A stretch of DNA of 63,853 bases, filler included, from Choristocarpus tenellus KU-1152 (GCA_964200185.2; 11 parts of 11 records of this genome joined end to end with filler, not necessarily neighbours in it), one strand, 5' to 3'. Counted from the whole stretch's first letter, positions 37,285 to 51,556 are shown. Notes: a model not told the origin generated them from the sequence alone. Numbers and translations are program-made.

Positions 37285-40200
37285 ACATTTTAGGTCGAGA
37301 TTCTTACTGAGAGTCTTTCTGGTTTGCTGAGGACTCAGTGCGGACAAATCTATTTGGTGGCACATCATCTCAGGTTGAGAGTCTCATGGAGGGTCTTTCC
37401 CGTTTGTTGCGTCCTAAGACTCCTACACACAGTGGGACACCTGTGGTCAAGGGTCTTGCCAAGGGTCCTCTTCTTGGTTTACTAACTTGTGCTGGTCATC
37501 CATGGACTCTTGGTCCCAGCTCTTCTCAGGGTCTCCATGAAGTCTTTGTTTCAGCTCTAGTTAGAATCTCCATGGATTCCTTGTCTCCGTTTGAAATCCT
37601 CTTGAGTGAAAAATTGTTCTAACTATTCCAACTCAAGGGTCAGAGTTGAGCTGGATCTGTTGGATTCCACCTGTGTCTGGGTCTTGTCCACACACACCCT
37701 GCTCGCTCGTGGAGCTATACGAACTGTCTTGATGTTTCCCTGACCAGTGGTCTTGGCTGATCTTCGCTTCTTTCCTGATCATGTTCTCCTCACGATTGTC
37801 CTTGTCAATACAACCTAGAAAATACCTGTCTTTGCCACCCCTATTCAGAGATCCAAACTATTCACAACTCGAAATATATGTATTACTATGCACACACGCA
37901 TTTTCGACATGTTGTAATGGAGAGAATAAGAACAAAAAAAGAAGGGAAAATGTAGCACAAGAATATACACGCTCTGGAGTAGAAAAAATTGAAAATAAGA
38001 AAAATCCCACAAGTGAACGCATTCGTAATATTTATAATAACACGCACACACAATACACTGGAGTCATATTGGGTCTACTAAGGACGCAAAACATTGCTCA
38101 TCGCGTATCACACAATGGAAACCAGAGGGAAAAGGAAAAAATAAAGGTATGCAAGAAAAACCAGCCCAGAAAGTGTGAATACAATGAGAAGCGGCAATCA
38201 ACAGTAGTGGTGATAGTAGTGTTGGTGCCAACTTTGACCTCCAAAGTGACCAACAGGGATTTTAGAACTAATACACAAGGCAGGCACTGTCAGAGAGCAT
38301 AAAAGCAAGTCAGCACTCTGTGCCAGCCATCCCTTCAACTATCTCCAAAAACGTGTTGGGATATTACAGGAGGAGGTAGAAGATAGGGTCACGGTAAGAA
38401 GGGAAGGGGGTTGAGTCTGACGACAGCTACAAAAAATTCTACTGATACAAGCCTAGTGATAGCTGCTATAAATATATATTTTTTGTGGATCGGGATGAGG
38501 AAGCTCATCAAATCCTCCAGGTGCAGCCTATTGGGGGTGCGATGGTGCACCGTTTGAGTTTTTGCGTGCGTTTTTTGGACGTAAAACAGAGTCAAAGCAT
38601 TTAAGAGGGTAGGGTCACGTCCGTTCGGGATCATAAATCCAATGTTGCAGTTTTGATGAATTTTGGCTATTGTGTTTGTTAGCAAGTGTCAATATCCTTG
38701 CTCCAGACACACCTTTCATAGTCGTACACATTTTAGGTTACGGTGTTTACGCAGAAAACCGAAAAAGGTGAAAAAAATCCGGTGGGAAGCCAAGCCCTGA
38801 ACGGACAAACAGGGCAAAACTCCTACCCTCTTGAACGCTTAGACTCACATCTGTATCTCTTTTCCAGAGTTTTGAGCAGTCAGGACTTACAAATTTAGAA
38901 GGTGATTGTCTAGAAAATATTCCATTTATTTCATGGAATAGCCTATATATGATGTAAAAGGTCCCCCTGACAGGTGAGATCCCTGTCAGAAGCACCATCT
39001 TCTGCAACCTCTATAATAAAATATTGCTCGTGTTTCGGTCGAGGATGGTTGGAGAATGACACGCAACTGCAACTGCAGGGTTGACTGTGAAGATGTGGAG
39101 ATTGGATTACGTTCTTTTAATACAATTCTTATATTAATAGTAGTATATTGCTATTAACATCACATAGTTCAGAGTACATAGTCACAGAATTCTTGGTATG
39201 TATGTCACTAGAGGAGAGATCATACACACGAAGATATCACGGACAACAGGCACAACCAAATCAGTCTGGGTTGCGTACATCATCACAACAGTACCTACGT
39301 AAGACGTAGGAAAGTCAGCTTAAGGTAAGACAAATTTTGACGAATCATAAATTTAATCACCTTCCAAGGTGTTGACCCCCCTCGCTCATTTTTATACTAT
39401 TTTCTGGCCCATTGAAGCCAAGTGCAAGTGGAAAACGCCTACTCCTCGCACTTCAGGATGGGATTACAGGTGAGAGCGAAACCCAATCCACCATTAATAC
39501 GCCTGCCAATAAGAGAAGGGGCGATCTCACGAAAATAACAGCTTGATGTTCCTCAACTAATCTGGAAAACAGCTTCGATGATCCAGCTCCTCCTGATCGA
39601 GTTCGTCAAGTTACAGATTCCATACACATTACAATATTTCTGCCACTGCCCAGGCAACTGGAAGATCGCTGTGTAAGAAAGTAAAAGAAGTATCGAAACG
39701 CCTTCCATATTTTACCCATTTTCGAGAAACAGCCAGGCTTAAAGAGGCGTGTAGCGTAGGTACATACACAAGCCAAATTGTTACATGCCTGCCAGTTATA
39801 GAAACAAGAAAGATGATAAAGGGATTCAGTGCCCTTTTATGAGACTCGAATGGCCTGTGTATTGATCTATACATGATCATAAATCATATTTTGTCTAGTG
39901 CGATGGAGAAACAGGAATTGCAGGGAAGGCACGCAGTCTTCACTACTTTAAAGACGAGATTAGACAGTTCATGCATCAGAGAAAAATAGCACACACACAT
40001 ACAAGTGCAAGGGAGGTAGGCAATGAACTTAAGGGTTAATCCCAAGTACATCACATTTGTTGGACCCTTGAAAGAAAGCCTGTAGGCCCACATGCAATTA
40101 TCACATCGAACCTTTCTATGTGCACCACAAGAAATGTACTTAAAATACCTGCTGCTAAAGTGGAGCAAAATTTACAAACCGATGGAGGTAGATAGGCACA

Positions 40201-41203
40201 TACCAAGTGCAGCACCTCAGTGTGGTACCGCACTTGCACCAAAACCAAACCAACTATTTTAGTGTGAACCACAAGTACAATGAATCAATCACTCAACAAT
40301 GGAAACAAAAGGCATGGAGGTGAAGTATGTTTCTTCATCACCTGAGGAACATTATCATCTGACCTACTCCTATCCAGTGTCGCGCACCTACCTCTAAAAC
40401 ACGTCACCAAGGACAACACTAGACAGCGCCCAAGAACTCATGTTGCCTTTCCTCTAAAATTCCTACGTTTGAGATATATTGCTCAAAAAGTATGAATACA
40501 ACATTCCAAATAACTTTACTATACCTAAAAAACGTTGGTTGCAGCATTCCGTTCATCTACATCCTGTACTGAAAAAACACTTTGTAACCAAAAAGGCGCC
40601 TCATTTTCCCCTACAAGCTCCTACATTTGAGATATTTGTATCAATACACAATTCGAAGTAAGAACAGAACATTCCAAACAAATTTTCTGTATCTAAAAAA
40701 ATAAAGCCTTTTTTCTGTTGTTTTTCTTCCATTCACCCCACATTCCCAACTGAAAAAACCACTCCATAATCAAGAGGCGTTTCTGGTCCACTACACGATA
40801 GATAGCCTCACCAACGGCACTCAAACACTCAACGACCAATCCAACACGCCATCAGGTTGTCTATACAAACCATAACCCCGGCATCTGTATATTGTTGCAT
40901 TATAGGGTTAGGGCTCAATGGACAGGAGCATACTAACTTCTACTACTGTGCAAGTAATTTCGGATGGTACTGTGGCATCTTCGTTAACCACAAAAGAAGT
41001 ACAGTGACTTTATACTGTAGTAATACCTACCACACCGGCTCTACTGTTTTTTTAACGGCATCAACTATTAACCCATCCAATTTCATCAATGCCTGCCAAG
41101 GCCGAGAAAAATATCCCGGTAGTTAAAAAAAAAACAGTACACCGTAGTAGCTACAAGAAGTCTCCACCAACAAGCACTGGAAAAAAAAAAGAATGAGCAG
41201 AAC

Positions 41204-41398
41204 TTATTTATCTAGTCCAGGTGTTGGCGGATCAAGATTGAGTCCACTCGGCAGGCCGAAAGGCCCTCCTTCTCCTCCCTCTGTCCGTTTGTCTATCTTC
41301 TTCGCCTCCATTTCCTCTCTCTTGATGAACTCTTCAGCATCCTGAACTTCCCCCCTGCCGTTGATGAACTTGTAACCGCCTTCGGGGGGCTCGAACTC
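41204..41398 (-). CDS. Terminal coding exon of an unidentified gene (possibly the 3' end of the helicase gene if the adjacent gap is large)
   Basis: Pyrimidine tract and cag acceptor, then EFEPPEGGYKFINGRGEVQDAEEFIKREEMEAKKIDKRTEGGEGGPFGLPSGLNLDPPTPGLDK*, with coding-like composition. Confidence 0.6.
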   Translation of the reverse strand, partial: EFEPPEGGYKFINGRGEVQDAEEFIKREEMEAKKIDKRTEGGEGGPFGLPSGLNLDPPTPGLDK

Positions 41399-41610
41399 CT
41401 GCAGGTGCGGAAAAAGAAAAATCACAGGGAACCTGACTCCCCCCCCCCCCCCCCCAAAAAAAAAAAAAAAAAAAACAGATTTAAAACCACCAACCAAAAC
41501 AAAAAAAAAANNNNNNNNNNNNNNNNNNNNNNNNNNNNNNNNNNNNNNNNNNNNTTAATTAATTAANNNNNNNNNNNNNNNNNNNNNNNNNNNNNNNNNN
41601 NNNNNNNNNN

Positions 41611-41778
41611 GAAGTGTCAGTATCCTTGTTCCGGACACACCATTTCATAACATATACATATTACCTACTCCGAATAATTTCGGAGTAGGAAAAATATCAC
41701 AAAAACCCCATGGGAAGCCAAGCCCCAAATGGATAAACAGGGCAAAACTCGTACCCTAACCCTAAGATACTTTCACTC
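41611..41778 (-). mobile_element. MITE family A, partial, with a TTAGGG unit inside its TIR
   Basis: Ends gtaccctaaccctaagatactttcactc. Confidence 0.75.
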
Positions 41779-41912
41779 GATAGTGTTATGACTTGAAACT
41801 CATCATGTAAATAGTTGCTGCTAATTTCTGGAACTCGCATGATCAAGGAAGACTGTGTTAAATTGATGGTAGATTGCACTTAGGTCCAGGAAAAGAGTCA
41901 AGAAGCCCTCAC

Positions 41913-44900
41913 CGTTCCTCTGTCCCTGTCGTTCATGTAGTGAAACTCGTCAAACACTACAGCAAATACCTCCTGAAGCTCTTCCTCGGACTTGACACCA
42001 TCCCCAACATTGTCGTACAGCATGTTCCTGAACACTTCAGTGGTCATCACTGAAACCTTCAGGTCATAGTGACATTAGGGGATTACAGAAGTTTATATGA
42101 GTGCTAACAACTACAGAGGAATGGTTAATTTGTGAATACAACCAAAGATCGTTGATAGCCTATTGATCTTACTCTAGAGTCTACAGTTGGTATATAAATG
42201 AATAACGGAACATCAACAAATCAGATATCGAGTTGCGTCTCGGTGTGTTCATATAATACCCAGGGTTAAGAAGTCAGGGATGGGGCAAACACGCAAACGT
42301 TTGAAGAATGATTGGGCATAGATAGGGCAGGCCAAAATGCCACATTGTTCTCACAAAATCATTAATTGGGGTGATCCTTGGGAGCTGGATATCAGCTGCG
42401 CAATAGAGTACAATAAAGGTACGCAATAGAGTACAATAAAGGTACCACAACAGAGTACAATAAAGGTACCACAATAGAGTACAATAAAGGTACGCAATAG
42501 AGTACAATAAAGGTACCACAACAGAGTACAATAAAGGTACCACAATAGAGTACAATAGAGGTACCACAATAGAGTACAATAAAGGTACCACAATAGAGCA
42601 GCTTTGCCAATGGGTCATTGGCACATTAGTTGCAACAAAGGTACCACTTTGACCAGTTGTCCCCAATATACCCATAGAACCACAAAAAAAAACAAGGGTA
42701 AAAAAAAGCTACCCCAAAAGTTAAACAGTACATAGCACACCAAGCAATTCAAATTTAAATTACTTGGCATGGTGTATTTAAGTGTATGAGTATCCTAGGC
42801 ATCCCCAATATCACAAGCACTTCAAGCACAAGTAAAACCACCATTAATTCACATTCAGGTTGCAGCAACTGAGTAAAATTGGACTAAAGCACTCAATGGG
42901 AATCACCTGAGCTTCACGATTGAAGCTGCTGTCCCCAGTGAGGAGGCCAACCCTTTCTGGTCCAAATTGCTTCTTGAAGTCAGCGTACTTCTGGTTGGAA
43001 AGAGCCTTCAGGGGGGTGGTGTAGAACACTCTTAGATTAAGGGCAAGGGCATAGTATATTGCCAGCTCCCCTGCAACTGTCTTGCCACTCCCTTGTACAA
43101 ACATCGGTCAGAAAAAGGCGGAAGTTGTTGGGGCTGCTCCACTTACGAAGCAAATTTTGTTATGTCAAATTTCTCCACACCCATAGAAAGATCATTAGGG
43201 TTAGGGATAGGGTTACCCTAACCCTAACCCTACGTAGACAAGAAAGAAACAAAAATAATCAAGTGCAAAAAAATTGGACACAATTTTGCTCGATATGAAC
43301 TTGGCCCTTACGAAATCAGAACCAGTGTGTTGCATTTAGGATTGATGTAAGGGTTCAATAAAACAAATGTATGTTAAGGCATGACCTGATGTGGATAAAC
43401 TATCAATTAATGACAGGGTTTGAGTTGTAATACAGTGCAGAAGCCCATATCTTTTACATCACCACAACCAACCTCCATGCAGGCACTGGCAACATGACCA
43501 AGCACAATTAACCCTAACCCTAAACCCATACCACATAAAGCAAAAAAAAATCCACATATGCCCAATAAAACACTTTAAACCCCACCACCCTGTACTAGCC
43601 ACTCTAATGACATGAAAGTAAACATATCACCCTTACCCCTGTCTTAAAAAAAAAAAAACTCCAACATCTGTACACTTCTCTCATCACCTAAATGCTTGCC
43701 AACTCCCATAGCTACTCACTGCCCACATCACCCAGCCTTGTAAATAAAGTAGCTGTATGTTGTAAAATAACAAGAAGATCATGTCAGCTCATAAAACTGA
43801 GCACTCCAATGATGAGCATCTGTAGCCTAACCATAATCCTAACCTGTGGGTGCAGACACTATAACGTTCTTCCTGTTGGCTAGTGCACCAAGAGCCTCTG
43901 TCTGAAACCCGTCTAGGTCAAATGGGAAGAGTGCCTGGAAAAGCTCTGGTCGCACCTTGAAGAAAGATCAGAAAATAACAGAATCAAAATATTGCGCAAA
44001 ATAGGGGAAAGGGACATGAAATATGTATGAATACATGCCCAACATTTGAAAATACTTGCATCGCAGTTGAAGTTATAATCAAACTACATAGGGTTAGGGT
44101 TATAATCCATCTACTTCAATAGGGAGGGTCCAGAAAAGCCCTGCCTGTACCATGGGAAAAGATTAAAGGTGTAGAGTCAAAATAAGGAACAATGTAGGGA
44201 TATAAAAGTACCATGTCACTTTCCAAGGCAACTAGGTATTACTGATTGCATTCAACCTGTGAGTCATTCCCATTGCCACAAGTAGCATTTTTCATCTCTG
44301 TTCCATATACCCTCAACAAAAGTGATAGGGTTAGTATTACCCTTGTATTAACCCTAACCCTACGACACATAAAATATGTCCCCACAGGACTAAAATCAAG
44401 AGTACAGAGCAGTTTGTGTACACAATGAAAACAGGGAAAGCGTAACCAACCGTATTTCAGATCATCAAACGGAGTGTGATCCCCAAATTCAAAGAACAAT
44501 TACAAACCATTACGGAAAGAACTTCTTGATCAATCTCATATGTCATTTCTCACTTCGTGTAGAGTAAAATTATAGTGAGGGAATGTAGAGACACAAAGGT
44601 AACACCACTCACATTCCAATATTGTTTTCAAAATTGTGTCAGGGTTCCATCCTCTACAAATAGAAGAGAGGACACTCAACCAAACCCAACTCCAACTCTA
44701 ACACCAGACCAAAATGCTCAAACTGTCAACACTCATGGTTACATGTAGACAAGGCATTAGAGAATGGGCGGTTTGCAAACAATACCTTCTGGATCCTAAC
44801 CCTAGCTTGAGTAGAAAACCAACAACTGCCACATCTATTTTCACTGCAACTTGAGTCATTTAGCATGTAATACATACTACATGCCAGCACTAGCCCTGAG

Positions 44901-46233
44901 CCCTAACCTATTCTTGACTAAGACACTTCATTCTACTAAACCCTCACCCTGCCCCAACCCCACATAAGCAGAGCTGCAGATAATATGTTATAAAAACCCT
45001 AACCCTAAACCTGCACATGATATCATCCTAAATACTAGCCCTAACCCTAAACTCCATCTGAGCAAAATTGTTTTAAGCAAGGTTACATTCACTGGGACTC
45101 TGAAGGAACTAGTCACTGGCCAAACTGCAAGTTGAATGCACCACTATCGGAAGGAGTAAACTCATAACCCAATCCTAGGCCTAACCCACAAGGATGGAGG
45201 AGATCTCACACTCACAAGAACTGATTTTCCATGAGTATGATATGCACCAGCTTACAAAAGTACATAGTTAGTCATGACTGTCATGGACAATTCAAACGAA
45301 AAACAATTGAGCAATCACCTAGCATAAAAAATTACCAATCACTTTGAGGTTTGCGCACTTACTCTAAATTAATACTGCACATATAAAGTTATTCTTGTAA
45401 GAGTATTTTATCATCCCTTTGCATACAGTCAACCTCAACACCATAGCTCTTGACAATCACTCTATAAATAGCACATGGTGCTTTCCCACTAGGACATTGA
45501 CATTCATCAGGCCTCCTACACACATTAGGGCAACGATCATGACATAACCCTGAATGCTATTACAAGATATCTAAGCTGCGTCATTTGCTCAAAATCTGTG
45601 TCTCTGTCAACAAGTCATGAACCAGGTTTCCCACCTCGCCATCAGGAGATGCCTTCACAATACGCTGCAGCAGTTCAACAGCCTCTGGCTTCCCTGCCAA
45701 CATCAACAACTCTCCCCACCTATTGCATGACAGGAATCAAAGAGATTCTTAGAGGGAAAAGATGTAACATCAACATTGTGGTAGCTAGTTAAATGTATCT
45801 CAAATAAGGTTTTCTGTCAAATCATGCCAAGATAATACTTCAAGCGCTAGTAAAAATAATCAAAGGGGTGGGCAACGGGCATGTTGCAAACAGAATTGCT
45901 CATTCCTAAACCTCTTGATATCACTCTCTCACTCAAACTTGCCATTCAGGATCAGATTATTTACATTCATCTTAATACCACAGAATTTCACTTGAATGCC
46001 CCACAAAAGTCTGTACCCAAACAAAACAAATAAACAGCTGCCAATCTCCCTGCAATAACCCACATGGACTGCAAATCGTCAGGAAGCTTGGCCATGGCGT
46101 CCTGGAATCCTTTCCTTCCTCCTTGCCACCGGGAGTCACCAGTGTCTGCCCCTTCCTCACTATGGTCCAGAGCGTCCTGTTCCATGTCACTATCATCGCC
46201 GCTATAAATGTTATCTTTATATAGGGTTGCCAT
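41913..46233 (-). CDS. Ski2-like/HelY-ISE2-type DExH-box RNA helicase, N-terminal exons (about 46233-46064, 45635-45719, 43844-43955, 42907-43091, 41913-42056); start uncertain, downstream exons lost in the gap
   Basis: In-phase splicing gives FPFDLDGFQTEAL..VIVSAPTGSGKT (Walker A), YTTPLKALSNQKY, VGLLTGD, VMTTEVFRNMLY and VFDEFHYMNDRDRGT (DExH). Confidence 0.93.
42400..42600 (+). repeat. 24-26-bp minisatellite (caatagagtacaataaaggtac(ca/g))n
   Basis: About 8 copies in a helicase intron. Confidence 0.9.
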
Positions 46234-47563
46234 TGGTTTCAAGTGGAAATTAGAAGCAAGGTTCAAAGCAAAGGAAACTTGAAAATGGAAAACATTACAC
46301 TCCACGTTATAATTTGGCAACCGCTTTAGTCAGAACAAAGAGATAGAGGAATAGAAAGTGTACGGTTTGGATAATAGGAACTGTGCCAAAATTGGCACAC
46401 GACAATATAAACTAAAGGAGAACATGTCTCCACCAAAGCCCAAACATTGAATTCAACACTACGTAGTAGATGTTGGACTCATTGCCATTCTCATAAAATA
46501 GATAAATCCATCGCTTTCAATCCGTTAATCTGGAGCACAAATAATAGTAGTAGCTGGTATTTAACTCAGGGAGAGGTCCCCCTTTCTTACAAGTGGCTAC
46601 GGATTGGAGGTGGGTATGGATCGAATGAGGTAGCTGGTAAAATGGGTAGGCGTGAGTGGCAAGGGCAGGCTGAAGGTGACGCGTGGCTGGGAGAGGTGGT
46701 GGCGATCTCGCTAACTAATTATCACCCAGTCACAATACAACCCTTGATAAATCTATTTGGCTCTGGTGTTGCGGAAAGCATTAGCAAGCAGAGGTCCTGC
46801 AGCTTAGGCAGTTTTCGAGGTGAGTGGCATCAACAGAATTATGTTCAAGCTTCAAGACACAAGATGTTATGCAGGCATACACATATGAGAGTTGACAGAT
46901 ACACAAGAAGAACATGAGAAGAACACACCCTCCATGAATTGTGTTGTCAGCGATCTCCATAAGGTTGTAATGTATGGTAAATGGTAAAGTCGTGGTGAAG
47001 GTGGTAGTTGGCAAATTGGTTGGCAAGATGCACCTAATACGAGCAAAAAAAGGGGAATAAGTTGATTGAAACTCAATATCAAAGGAAAGTAGAACGGTCA
47101 AACGTGTGAGGGGAAACCCTGCAATTAGGTTTAGAGTTAGGGTTGGAAGAATGATTACCCACCATCATCATGAAAGGACAAGAGGTCATTGAGGAGATCC
47201 CCATCTTGCACACCAAGCCTCCCCCTCCCCCTGCCACCCCCCAATCCCTCCCCCTCCACCAAGTCCAGAATCTCCTCAGCAAGGCTACTAGCACGTCGTC
47301 CCTTTCCCGCCATATCCAGGAAACCCTGCCCAGGTGCATCATCCCCCCCTCTCCACTCCTGTTCTCTTCCCCACTTGGCACCTCTGTTTCGGCCCTTTCC
47401 CTCCCTCCAACCCNNNNNNNNNNNNNNNNNNNNNNNNNNNNNNNNNNNNNNNNNNNNTTAATTAATTAANNNNNNNNNNNNNNNNNNNNNNNNNNNNNNN
47501 NNNNNNNNNNNNNGTTCTGGGGGGAACGGCGACCCGGGGTGGGCTCCTCCCACCCCCGCCGCG

Positions 47564-47597
<34 letters not shown>

Positions 47598-47894
47598 AGA
47601 TACTTTGACCCTCCTACCTGAGGGAATTAGTAAATTTGAGTGTTTGAAGTGCCTCCAAGCTATCCAGGCACACCAGGATGTTGGCATCAATTACTGTACT
47701 TTGTGCCAACTTGGACTGTACTGTACTTTCTTCTTTTCTTTATTGAAAAATTCAGTTAACTGATTTCTAGCTTAATACTCAAGGACTCATGCCCCCTCCA
47801 GCACCCAACCCCCCTTTTTCTACCTCTTCGGCATTGGTTGATGACCTTGACCTTATTGACCTGATTGGCGGTTTTTCATGCTGGTTTTCCTCAG

Positions 47895-50199
47895 GAAATG
47901 GCGGGGGATGTTGGAACTGGAGTGGGAAACGTTTATGAGTCTGCCCATGACACGGTCGAGTGTACAATGAAGTCGGTATGATAGGGTTAGGGTTAGGGTT
48001 AGGGTTAGGGTTAGGGTTAGGGTTGGATAGGGCATCAGTATGTTAACAAGAAGTACGAACTGCAACTTTGATGGAAGAATCGGAAATTGCTGGTAGGTTA
48101 TTATTATATGTGTTAGTACGAGGAATATTCTATTTGTATGTGTTTCCGTATTTATACTTGTGTACCTGTGTACTGCTATTGCTGTCAGGGTATGAATGTA
48201 TCGGTCCTGCTGTGTCACAAGTCACAGGTGTGTCTTCAAAAGTGATGTCACAAGTCATTGAGGAGTAGAGCCAGCACAGCCCTTGTTTCTTATGGTATGG
48301 TAGTACTTTAATGTGTTCATGGTGGGGAGTACTAGAGAAGGTCCGGAACGTTTTTGTCTTGTGTGTGGACTAGGATTAGGGTCTTGCTGATTTTGAGGTG
48401 ACAGGGTTAGGGTTAGGGTTAGGGTTAGATGCGAACATGTGTCCCATAGATGGCTAGCTAAATCGATAACCAACATGGATCCCCCTTTTGCTTCCTGAGT
48501 ACTTTGAGGTATTGTCTGTTGTCTGTTTGGAGTCGAAGTATCTTAGAGGGCACACCCGCGTCCATTTGGGGACCAAAATCCAATGTTGCCATTCTGATGT
48601 AATTTTGGCTGTCGTGTTTATTAGGAGGTGTCAATATCCTTGTTCCAGACCCACCTTTTCATATCGTGTACATTTTACCTATTCCGAAATATTTTGGTGT
48701 AGGAAAAAGTTGTAAAAACCCCAAGGAAAGTCAAGCACATACATATTGTCAAACAGATACATCTATCTCTCTGGACATTCCCCAATCCCTCCATTCCCCC
48801 AAGCCCTCAATATATTTCTTATTACTGGAGGTAGTAGTGATGATATTTACTTTCACTCTGAGTCAGCCAGTACCACTTGTTCATAAATCTGTGTCAAAGA
48901 TGGTTGGCTATTGTACCAAGTTTGAATATAGTTTATGTCTTTTGTTGGTAGTTTGTTATTGTAGTGAGGTACTTGTATTCATTTTAGTGATGGTTTAATA
49001 TACTTTGAAATATTTAAAACTCCAAGTCCATTAACATTGGTGTTACTTCTAGTATGCTATTGAAGGGTTAGGGTTAAAACCATTAACATTGATGATGGTT
49101 CTAGTATTTTATTGAAGGGTTAGGGTTAAAAGAGAGTGTATTTTGTTGGAATGTACTCTGTACTAGTAGTGTGTAACTTAAATGTTTTGACTAACAGATA
49201 TACCTTTTATTGTCACAGTCAGTCAGTACCATGCATTGACCAACCTCTTCACTAAATCTGTCATCGATCTACCACATAAAACTCTTATTATTGTTATTTT
49301 TTTAATCATTTTCCAATCGCCCTCTCCCATTGGTGCAATAATTTTATTCCCTTTTCTGTTAATGTAAAAAAGGAAGCGCACCATTGGGTTGACGTTTTTT
49401 TTTTTCCCACTGTTCCACTGTTCAAACTAAGGTCACAAATGCTGTGGACTCTGTCTATGGTTCAGTGGTTGGTGCAGTAGGAGATACCGTGAACCAGGTG
49501 ATGCAAGACTGCTTGTCATCTTGTCATCTTGTCATCTTGTCATCTTCTCTTTTATATGTTTTTTTGTTGTAAAAGTTTTGACCTGTTTCGAGTTTTGTTC
49601 GTTTTTTAGTCATTTTCTTAGTCATTTTTTGAATCCTTTTTTCCCCTTGATTCTCTTTATAAATCAGGCTTAGTGCAAGTAATAATGATTATTTTTGTAT
49701 TTCTAAATGTATGCTGTCATTTATATTTGTTGTTTAGAGTTGTTTCTCTTGTTGTGATGAAGGAAATGTTTTTTATTATTGTGATGAAGGAAATATATTC
49801 ATGTTGTTGTGATGGAAGAAATATATTTATACTGTTGTGATAAAGGAATATATTTTTATTGTTTTGATCAAAAGAGACCATGTCATCAGTATGCCGTAGC
49901 ATTAATGTGTTTCATTTCCCCAGCTACTATAACATTGATGGCACCTTGATCTGGAGGCAGGTATAATGTGCCAAACCAACCTTTGAAAAAGAATTAAAAG
50001 CAGAGGGGAGGGTAACTTTTTTGTTGAAGACATTTCTGTTACTGCATTTGTTACATCAAAGGTTGATTTTATTAATGACTCTAGGTTTGCTTCTTAGTCC
50101 CAATAATATTTTCCCCTCATCAATGTTGATATATATGAACATCAGTGTGCTTAGACCAGGGACAAGCCTCTGTACCTCCCCTCAACATCATCATCATTA

Positions 50200-50234
<35 letters not shown>

Positions 50235-51160
50235 GCTGTGATAACTGTTGATTGATCTTTTTGTTGTCTTTTCAATCCATTATTACCAGTATATGCAGGC
50301 AAGTGTCCTTGGGATCTTCATGTTTTTTGTTATGAATAAAAATAGGTGTAGTTTCCTATGTCAGAATTTTATTTTTTTTATTATGTTTGTACTGTTCTTG
50401 GATTGCTTATCATCTTTGTTATAGTCACATACAAAACACTACTATATGAGTGAAGTATCTTAGGGTTAGGGTACGAGTTTTGTCCTGTTCGTCCATTTGT
50501 GACTTTGCTCTCCACGGGTTTTAAATGACATTTTACCTACTCCAAAATGTTTCAGAGTAGGTAAAATGTGTTTGTTATGAAAAGACGTGTCTGGAACATG
50601 ATAGATATTGACATCTCCTAACAATCACGATAACTAAAATTACATCAAAATCACAACATTGGATTTTGACCCCCACACAGACGTGACTCTACCCTTTAAG
50701 ATAATTTGACTCATATATATATATATATATATATTGTTCAACTTTCAAGTAGTTCATATATATATATATATACAAGGTAAGGGTTAGGGCATGTAACTAT
50801 ACTTTTTTTTGTGCTCATTCCATGTCTAACCCTAACCCTACAGAAATATGCCGTTTGACATTGACATTGAATGAGCTGGCGGCGGCGTGTACTTGCATTG
50901 TTTGGGTAATAATGCAATTGCCTCCTCCTTGTTACAAAAACCATGTGCATTTTTTTTTCACCATTTTTAGTACCAACTTCTCCCCCACCTTTTTCTGTCC
51001 TGAATCTCAGGTTTCAGCAGTGACTGGGGGCAGCGTTGAATCGACTATCAACATTGCCAGTGCCAAAGCTAGCAATACTGTGAGCTCGGTCAGATCGACA
51101 GCGTCTGGTGCCTTGGGTGCCACCTCCGAAGCTGCAGATGGAGTGTTTTCTGCTGTGAAG
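47895..51160 (+). CDS. Internal exons (47895-47975, 49432-49497, 51011-51160) of an unidentified Ala/Ser/Val/Gly/Thr-rich amphipathic-helix protein
   Basis: Three phase-0 AG/GT-bounded exons: EMAGDVGTGVGNVYESAHDTVECTMKS | VTNAVDSVYGSVVGAVGDTVNQ | VSAVTGGSVESTINIASAKASNTVSSVRSTASGALGATSEAADGVFSAVK. ORF 47170-47413 may be an upstream exon. Confidence 0.7.
47982..48025 (+). repeat. Interstitial telomeric repeat (TTAGGG) x about 7
   Basis: Direct reading; one of many short arrays in the window. Confidence 0.9.
48530..48740 (-). mobile_element. MITE family A, partial
   Basis: gagtcgaagtatcttagaggg followed by the family A interior in reverse orientation. Confidence 0.7.
50448..50712 (+). mobile_element. 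MITE family A, full copy
   Basis: TIRs gagtgaagtatcttaggg / ccctttaagataatttgactc; TSD atat. Confidence 0.85.
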
Positions 51161-51556
51161 GTGATGGCACCATCCCCTCTTGGATTGGTAGCTAGTTGGC
51201 ACAACCTGCCACAATGGCACTAACGATGGCCTTTCTTTCCTTGTTGTACTGCTGTCCTTGTCCTGTAGATGTCTTTTCTCAATATATATTTTTTTAATTG
51301 TTATCTATTGTTATTATTATTTTTAATTATATATATATCAACACATATATTTTTTAACTGTTACATGTTATTGTAATTTTTGCATTATTTTGTATTATTA
51401 TTAGTAATTGTGTTTATTTTTATTTTTAGTTGCATTTTTTTTTTTTGTAAATTAGTTGTTATCGTTATTTTATTTTTTGTTATCGTGTGAGGAGGTACAG
51501 GACACCCACACAGTCCTGTCTTGTGTCCTCCTCTCATTACCTCTCGGAGCATCTTG

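Noticed and set aside
37781-38302. Longest single ORF in the track (173 aa)
   Set aside because: A-rich, low-complexity translation with no motif or splice support; likely a chance ORF.
39290-39675. Cluster of plus-strand splice-like signals suggesting mini-exons
   Set aside because: The joined frames hit an early stop or give no recognisable protein; unsupported without RNA data.
42400-42600. Short regularly spaced repeats resembling a CRISPR array (also 57081-57690)
   Set aside because: Head-to-tail minisatellites with no unique spacers, in eukaryotic introns, with no cas genes.
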